Assembly: GCA_020344015.1 (NCBI GenBank)
Contig: CP070812.1
Span: forward strand, 2,740,126-2,804,125
DNA: 64,000 nucleotides
From: Gemmatimonadota bacterium
GTDB lineage: Bacteria; Gemmatimonadota; Gemmatimonadetes; Palauibacterales; KS3-K002
Direction of reading: 5' to 3'
Positions 59,059-64,000 of this stretch are shown here, one piece after another. Each line of letters starts with the position of its first letter. Within the stretch, counting starts at the first letter, position 1. The notes under the pieces are model-generated. The model worked only from the letters and a program-made list of their open reading frames with translations, did not search any database and was not told the origin of the DNA. A program made the position numbers and the translations under genes.

Positions 59059-60046
59059 ATCGGAGACCTGGGTCGCAGGCGACTGCACGCGCTGCGGGCG
59101 CCAGTTGCGCCGCTACTGGCACTTCTGCCCCGACTGCGCCAAACGACTGACCTGGCGCGATGAGCGCAAGGAAACGGGATGCGAGTGCTACTACTGCGGC
59201 TGGATCGTCTCCGACAGCTTCTGGTTCTGCCCCTGGTGCGGCAGAAAGATCGCCGACGAAGCGTCCAGCGAGGAGCCGCTGAAGAAACCGCGCGGCTTCC
59301 TCTACCACGCACGCTGCCCCTATCTGAGCTGTCGCGGCGGTGTGCAGTACCCGATGGACTATTGCCCCTGGTGCGGCCGCCAACAGCACTGGCCGTTCGA
59401 CGACGAGTTCGACGGTGAATGTCCCCACTGCGATGGCGGGGTCGACGATTTGATGGACTACTGTCCCTGGTGCGGCAAAGACGCCACCGGCAGGGACCTG
59501 CTGCGGCCGGCGCTGCAGCGCGTGCGCGGTCTGTTCCGGGCCGCGCGCGTTCCCGACTGGGGCTACCGGATCCTGGTGCGGCCCGGAATTTCCGGAGTCG
59601 ACCCCAACTTCCCGAAGGTCGTCGAGATCGAGCGCCGCCTAGTGGAGCGCCGCGACGAGATCTCCTGGCCAAACCTGGTAGGGCTCCTCACCCACGAGCT
59701 CGGCCACAGCTTCCTCTTCCACCATTGGCGGTTCGCCCGCTCGCGGCGCTTCCGCAACGCCTTTGGCGACGTCAGCAAAGCCTATCGCGGTGTCGACGAG
59801 AGCTGGGTCTCGTTCCGCAAGCGAAACTTCCCCGAAACGCCGGTAAACTATGTCACCGCCTACGCGTCGAAGCACCCGCTCGAGGACTTCGCCGAGACAT
59901 TTCGCTTCTACGTGATCCGCCGCGGCCGACTGAAAGACCTACTAGCGGAGATCGGGCGGAAGGGCAAAGGCGTAATCGTATTCGAGAAATTCCTCACGCT
60001 GCACACCTACCTGCAGGAGCTGCGGCGGAAGAAACGAGCGCGCTGA
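59045..60046 (+). CDS. Zinc-ribbon-array protein fused to putative zinc metallopeptidase (Peptidase_Mx-like)
   Basis: Eight Cys-pair motifs (repeating Y/F-C-P-W-C-G), then HELGH and YASKHPLEDFAETF. Overlaps the ATP-grasp stop by 14 nt. Confidence 0.85.
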   Translation: MRKLKSETWVAGDCTRCGRQLRRYWHFCPDCAKRLTWRDERKETGCECYYCGWIVSDSFWFCPWCGRKIADEASSEEPLKKPRGFLYHARCPYLSCRGGVQYPMDYCPWCGRQQHWPFDDEFDGECPHCDGGVDDLMDYCPWCGKDATGRDLLRPALQRVRGLFRAARVPDWGYRILVRPGISGVDPNFPKVVEIERRLVERRDEISWPNLVGLLTHELGHSFLFHHWRFARSRRFRNAFGDVSKAYRGVDESWVSFRKRNFPETPVNYVTAYASKHPLEDFAETFRFYVIRRGRLKDLLAEIGRKGKGVIVFEKFLTLHTYLQELRRKKRAR

Positions 60047-60051
60047 TTGTT

Positions 60052-60143
60052 GTAGTGAACATGGAACATTGGACATCGAACACTAAACATTGAAGGAAGC
60101 CTCGAGGTTCGAAGTTCGATGTGCGACGTTCGATGTTCATTAC
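60052..60143. repeat. Heptamer-periodic (GAACATC-like) imperfect hairpin between convergent genes
   Basis: gtagtgaacatggaacattggacatcgaac versus the reverse complement of the right arm, gtaatgaacatcgaacgtcgcacatcgaac. Confidence 0.8.
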
Positions 60144-60208
60144 CATTAGGAAGCGGGGCCGCTCCCGTTCCGGAAGCGACCCCGCTGACCCGGCAGCAGT
60201 TCGTTCTA

Positions 60209-61309
60209 TTAGCTTGCCGATGCCGCCTCGGTAATAGCTCGAGCCGTCACCGCGACGTACCACAGGATGTGGACTGCACGGCGCGGGAAGGTGTCCGAGA
60301 TCTGAATCGCACGGATTTGCACGAGCCTCGCATGCACCAGCAATGCCGCCAGGAACTCGTCGGACGGCGGATCACCGAGAGCGAGCTCGGCCTGCTCGAG
60401 CGCACCTTCGCTGACGGCGATCAGTGCCAGGACCTTGTTCTCCGGCAGGTCGGGATCGAGGATCACGACGACCATGCTGAGGTTCACCACGGCGCGTGAC
60501 AGTGCGAGCGACAGCCGCCAGCGACCGGCTTCGAGTGCCAACACGGCATCGTTGCGGAGGTGCACTGCGTGCCTGAACACGCGCTCTTGTTCAGGTGTGA
60601 ACTCGCCCGCGACCTCCTCGGCCAGCGCCAGCGCCATCGTGGCCATGAAGATCGAGTGCTGGGCGTGCCGGTGAATCTGCTCGCGCCGCTGATGGACGCG
60701 CTCGCGGTGCGCGATCTGCACTGCCAGAAGCAGTCGTTCAACCGCGGCATGAAGATCCGCGACATCCTGCGACCCCTGATAGTCCGCGTAGAACGCCTCC
60801 GCCTCGGATTTCAGCTGACGGATGCGGGTCAGCAGCTCGGAGGCCTCCTCGTCGATCTGTTCCTCGAGCCACGTGATGATCTGGTCGACACGCTCCAGTA
60901 GCTGCACGTAAGCTTCCTCGCCGAGGACCAGGACCATCGCTTCGGCGACGAGTAAGCGGCCCTCCAAGGCCAACTCCGCCGCCCGCTGTGTGTCCCCACC
61001 GATCCAGGCCTGACGCGCCTGACGGAACTTCTCGCGCGCCTGCTCCAGCAGGGCACGCGCCTGATCGGCCGCGTCCGGGTTCGGCTGGGCGGTGAGCGCA
61101 CCGCTCGACGGCGCCCCCACGTCCAGGACGCCGGCTATGGCCGCCTCGACATCGATGATCAGCGCCTCGGTGAGATCCTCGTCCACCATGAGCTGGACGA
61201 TCGTACCCTCGATCCCGTCGTCCGGGCCAAGCACGCTGCTGTCGTCGCAGGCCGCCAGACCGCCCACGAGCGCCAAGGCAAGCAGCGTGTTGATAGTCGG
61301 CTTTCTCAT
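60209..61309 (-). CDS. Predicted all-alpha-helical lipoprotein
   Basis: RBS AGGAGG, MRKPTINTLLALALVGGLAAC lipobox, amphipathic helical repeats. Confidence 0.82.
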   Translation of the reverse strand: MRKPTINTLLALALVGGLAACDDSSVLGPDDGIEGTIVQLMVDEDLTEALIIDVEAAIAGVLDVGAPSSGALTAQPNPDAADQARALLEQAREKFRQARQAWIGGDTQRAAELALEGRLLVAEAMVLVLGEEAYVQLLERVDQIITWLEEQIDEEASELLTRIRQLKSEAEAFYADYQGSQDVADLHAAVERLLLAVQIAHRERVHQRREQIHRHAQHSIFMATMALALAEEVAGEFTPEQERVFRHAVHLRNDAVLALEAGRWRLSLALSRAVVNLSMVVVILDPDLPENKVLALIAVSEGALEQAELALGDPPSDEFLAALLVHARLVQIRAIQISDTFPRRAVHILWYVAVTARAITEAASAS

Positions 61310-61566
61310 TTCTCCCTCCTCTAGGATTCCGCCCTGCTCGACGGGGAAGCCGGGCCTGCGGACCCGATTACGGTCTCTCCGAATGTTAGACGGCTGGGGT
61401 GGAGAAACGTTAAACCTGGTGGACCGGCCCCGGATGTCGTTGTGTCCCTGTGACTTGACGGGGTGACCCTGACGTGTTACAGTAGATCGCGTCCCTGTCC
61501 CACCACCCGTGGCACCCCCCGACGACACGATTTTACGCGAACCGCCATCGTGGGGGGAGACTAGCC

Positions 61567-62064
61567 GTGCCAGACTACAGGATCCTCGCCGGACAGACCG
61601 ACGCTCAGGCGCCGGACCACACCTCGGTCGTGGAAACCCTGATCCACAGAGCCGAAGACATCGCCAACCGCTACAGGCTCGTCGCGGCCAACCTCCCCTA
61701 CCGCGCTTTCGCCCAGCAGCTTCAACCGGAAGACATCTCCGGCCTGACGGCCCAGCTGGCCGCCGCCACCTGGAAGCGCATCGGCGACGAGGTTCCCAGC
61801 TATGCGTTTGCCGAGAAGCTGGGCCGCCGCTACCGGCAACAGGGTGTGCCGGAGAGCGCGCTGCTTCTCCACTGGCAGATCTTACGCCGGGCGATCCACC
61901 TGGTGCTAGCCGATCGCAGGATGCGGACAGGCCAGGGGAGTGAGGATCTGCTACGCCAGGCGACGCTGATGGACTACACGCTGGACTGGGCGACCGAGGC
62001 GTCCCTGGTGGCGTACGTCATCACCCAACCACACGAGGTGAGAACCGCAGAGAGACCCGACTGA
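61567..62064 (+). CDS. Stand-alone RsbRD_N/globin-like helical domain protein
   Basis: LGRRYRQQGVPESALLLHWQILRRAI pattern is typical of RsbRD_N-type domains. GTG start. Confidence 0.6.
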   Translation: MPDYRILAGQTDAQAPDHTSVVETLIHRAEDIANRYRLVAANLPYRAFAQQLQPEDISGLTAQLAAATWKRIGDEVPSYAFAEKLGRRYRQQGVPESALLLHWQILRRAIHLVLADRRMRTGQGSEDLLRQATLMDYTLDWATEASLVAYVITQPHEVRTAERPD

Positions 62065-62143
62065 CCGGGAGTCCTCGGGCAGATATGACAAGGCCCGCAG
62101 GTGGCGAGTGCGGGCCAGCACGACTGTCGTGGGGCGGCGGTGA

Positions 62144-63088
62144 CTAGATGCGGTTCTTCTCGTAGCGCAGGTTCCTGGGTGCCACGTACCAGACCGACGT
62201 CTTCGTGAGCAGCTCACCACCATTCACCCTCGGATCGGTCCGTTCCGCCCGCACCGTCACCCGCACCTTCACAGCGATTACATCGTCATAGTCGTTCGAG
62301 TAATCCGAGTCATAAGGATTGGGTCGCTCGAGCTCATCCCCATCCTCGAAGACCACGCTTATCTCGAAGTCATCCACGCCATAGGCGACGATCTCGCCGT
62401 CGGGCGAGCCGTCCATGTTCATCCGATCCGCCCGAATCAGGCGGTCTTGGTCGTCCAGGTAGAACATGACCACACCGAGCTTCTGGATGAAGGTGCCCGG
62501 CACCTCGACCTGTAGGTTCCCGCTCAATCCCGCCGGCTGGCGGAGCAGCGTGTCGGCTGCGGTAAACGAGACCTCGAGCGCGAAACCATCGACGGTCACG
62601 TCGTTGATCACGATCAGGCGACGTACTCCATTCACCTCGAGGCGCGCTAGATCGCCCGCCAGCAGCTCGACCGGCTCGGACATGTCGTACAACACGTCGA
62701 TACACCGCTCGCCGCACGTACCCTCCCCCGCGGGCGGTTGAAACTGGGTCGGATCGATGTCGTGTATGGGCGCCGGCGCCGGCTCATACGGCACGTACAG
62801 CACGAACAGCGTGTCGCCCCTCGAGCCCGGCCAGGCTCCCACCGTGCCGAACTCGGTGCTGCTCTCGATGTCGATGCCCGCCATCTGCAAGTCGTGCCGC
62901 AGCAGCGCGCCAACGTAGCGGTCGTTGCGGACAACGTTCTCCCGGATGTCGCTGCCCTCCAACGAGCGCATGTGGGTGATCAGGAAGCTGATCGCCGCTG
63001 TGATGATGACGGTCCCCAGCATCAACCCCACGAGCAACTCGATGAGAGTGAAGCCTCGATCCTGCGAGCTTCTGGCTGTACGGTTCAC
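62144..63088 (-). CDS. Type IV minor pilin, PilW-like
   Basis: Class III signal RG|FTLIELLVGLMLG with E+5, LLRHDLQMAG, and a C-terminal IAVKVRVTVR...YVAPRNL. Confidence 0.88.
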   Translation of the reverse strand: MNRTARSSQDRGFTLIELLVGLMLGTVIITAAISFLITHMRSLEGSDIRENVVRNDRYVGALLRHDLQMAGIDIESSTEFGTVGAWPGSRGDTLFVLYVPYEPAPAPIHDIDPTQFQPPAGEGTCGERCIDVLYDMSEPVELLAGDLARLEVNGVRRLIVINDVTVDGFALEVSFTAADTLLRQPAGLSGNLQVEVPGTFIQKLGVVMFYLDDQDRLIRADRMNMDGSPDGEIVAYGVDDFEISVVFEDGDELERPNPYDSDYSNDYDDVIAVKVRVTVRAERTDPRVNGGELLTKTSVWYVAPRNLRYEKNRI

Positions 63089-63469
63089 TATGACTCGACT
63101 CCTTACTCAACCGCAGACCGGCGCCAGCTCGCCCGGCCGCACCACCAGCCTTCAGCATTCCGTATGCCGCCCCGGCCCTATTGGGCTAACCCAATCTGTG
63201 GCAAGCTATTAGGGTCGCGGACCGCCCAGCTCGACCGGGGAACGGGCCTGTCGTCTCGGTCAGGCTGACCGGCATGATCCGCAATCTGTCCACTCTGCAG
63301 CGTTCACCCCTGTCACGGCTCAGCGATCGGGAGTCGGTTCACCATCCTAACTCACAGGCGGGAAAAGGGTTAGCCGATCCGGCCGCCGACGCCATGGGGG
63401 TCCGCTTCTTGCCAACTGCGGTGCGCGCCGGATAAGCACGGTCTCCCCGCCGGTGCAACTTCCCGCGAA

Positions 63470-64000
63470 ATGAACCAGGTATCCAAGATGGAACTGCGAA
63501 TGCAGCTGTCAGACCGACGTCTCGGGCGGCGCCGTCCCCGGGAGGCTGGCCTGTACCGGAGGCAACGCTCGCACGTGGACGGTGAGGGAGGGATCGCGCT
63601 CTTCACCACGTTGCTGGTGATCGTGCTTGCCGCCGTGGTGATCGCGGCGGCGGTGGAAGCCTCGATGAGCGTGACACGCACCGCGACGGCGGACTACTTC
63701 GGCACCCGGGTGTTCTATGCGGCCGAGGCAGGGGCTGAGGCGGCCCTCAGCCAGATCGAGACGGCGTTGCAGAACGATGGCGTCGTGGACTCGACCGAGC
63801 TAGCGGACATCGTTGCGCCGGCCCTCGACGGGTTCACGTTCGAGGAGTTGGCGGTAGTGAAGGACGGGCCGCAGATCACGGAGACGCTGAGCGATGGGCC
63901 GTTCTCGGGCATGTACTCACTTACCCAGAACTTCACCATCACGTCGCGGGTGACCGACCGCATGAACAACCACGGCGCGGTCGTCCTCGGAGCCAAGGGC
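63470..64000 (+). CDS. PilX-like minor pilin (runs off window edge)
   Basis: Not in ORF track. Hand translation gives ...EGGIALFTTLLVIVLAAVVI...FYAAEAGAEAAL (PilX N-terminal pattern), open to the window end. Confidence 0.8.
   Translation, partial: MNQVSKMELRMQLSDRRLGRRRPREAGLYRRQRSHVDGEGGIALFTTLLVIVLAAVVIAAAVEASMSVTRTATADYFGTRVFYAAEAGAEAALSQIETALQNDGVVDSTELADIVAPALDGFTFEELAVVKDGPQITETLSDGPFSGMYSLTQNFTITSRVTDRMNNHGAVVLGAKG

Overview
GC-rich bacterial chromosomal window, probably Gemmatimonadota-like (inference from gene content). Bases 1-35.6 kb are mostly housekeeping and amino-acid/peptide catabolism genes: HerA-like ATPase, carB, S46 peptidase, trans-sulfuration lyase, large NAD-GDH, tryptophanase, NSS transporter, nth, alpha2-type GlyRS, glycerate kinase, speD/speE, nadE and ftcD. 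This part also holds some oddities: an unannotated 38-aa MetS-like peptide, a His-less Hpt-like protein flanked by two paralogous membrane proteins, and a C2H2 zinc finger inserted in FtcD. Bases 35.6-57.5 kb look like one coherent, apparently uncharacterised module. A cytoplasmic hybrid kinase/Hpt/receiver set lies divergent from a sigma54 activator. Next come two sigma54-type promoters sharing a GTTAC-N6-GTAAC upstream palindrome. They drive a ~2740-aa DUF2341/LamG/DUF11 surface protein and an operon of a small Zn-ribbon protein, two DUF11 proteins and a ~2070-aa DUF11/OmpA/beta-barrel outer-membrane protein interrupted by one in-frame TAA. This is a candidate surface-fibre export/assembly system. 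Bases 58-64 kb carry a Ddl-like ATP-grasp ligase coupled to a multi-zinc-ribbon metallopeptidase, a helical lipoprotein, an RsbRD_N-like protein and divergent pilW/pilX-like genes. Many intergenic gaps contain 7-8-nt periodic hairpins or REP-like repeats. No rRNA, tRNA, CRISPR array or transposase was recognised. All family calls come from motif recognition by eye; no database search was run.
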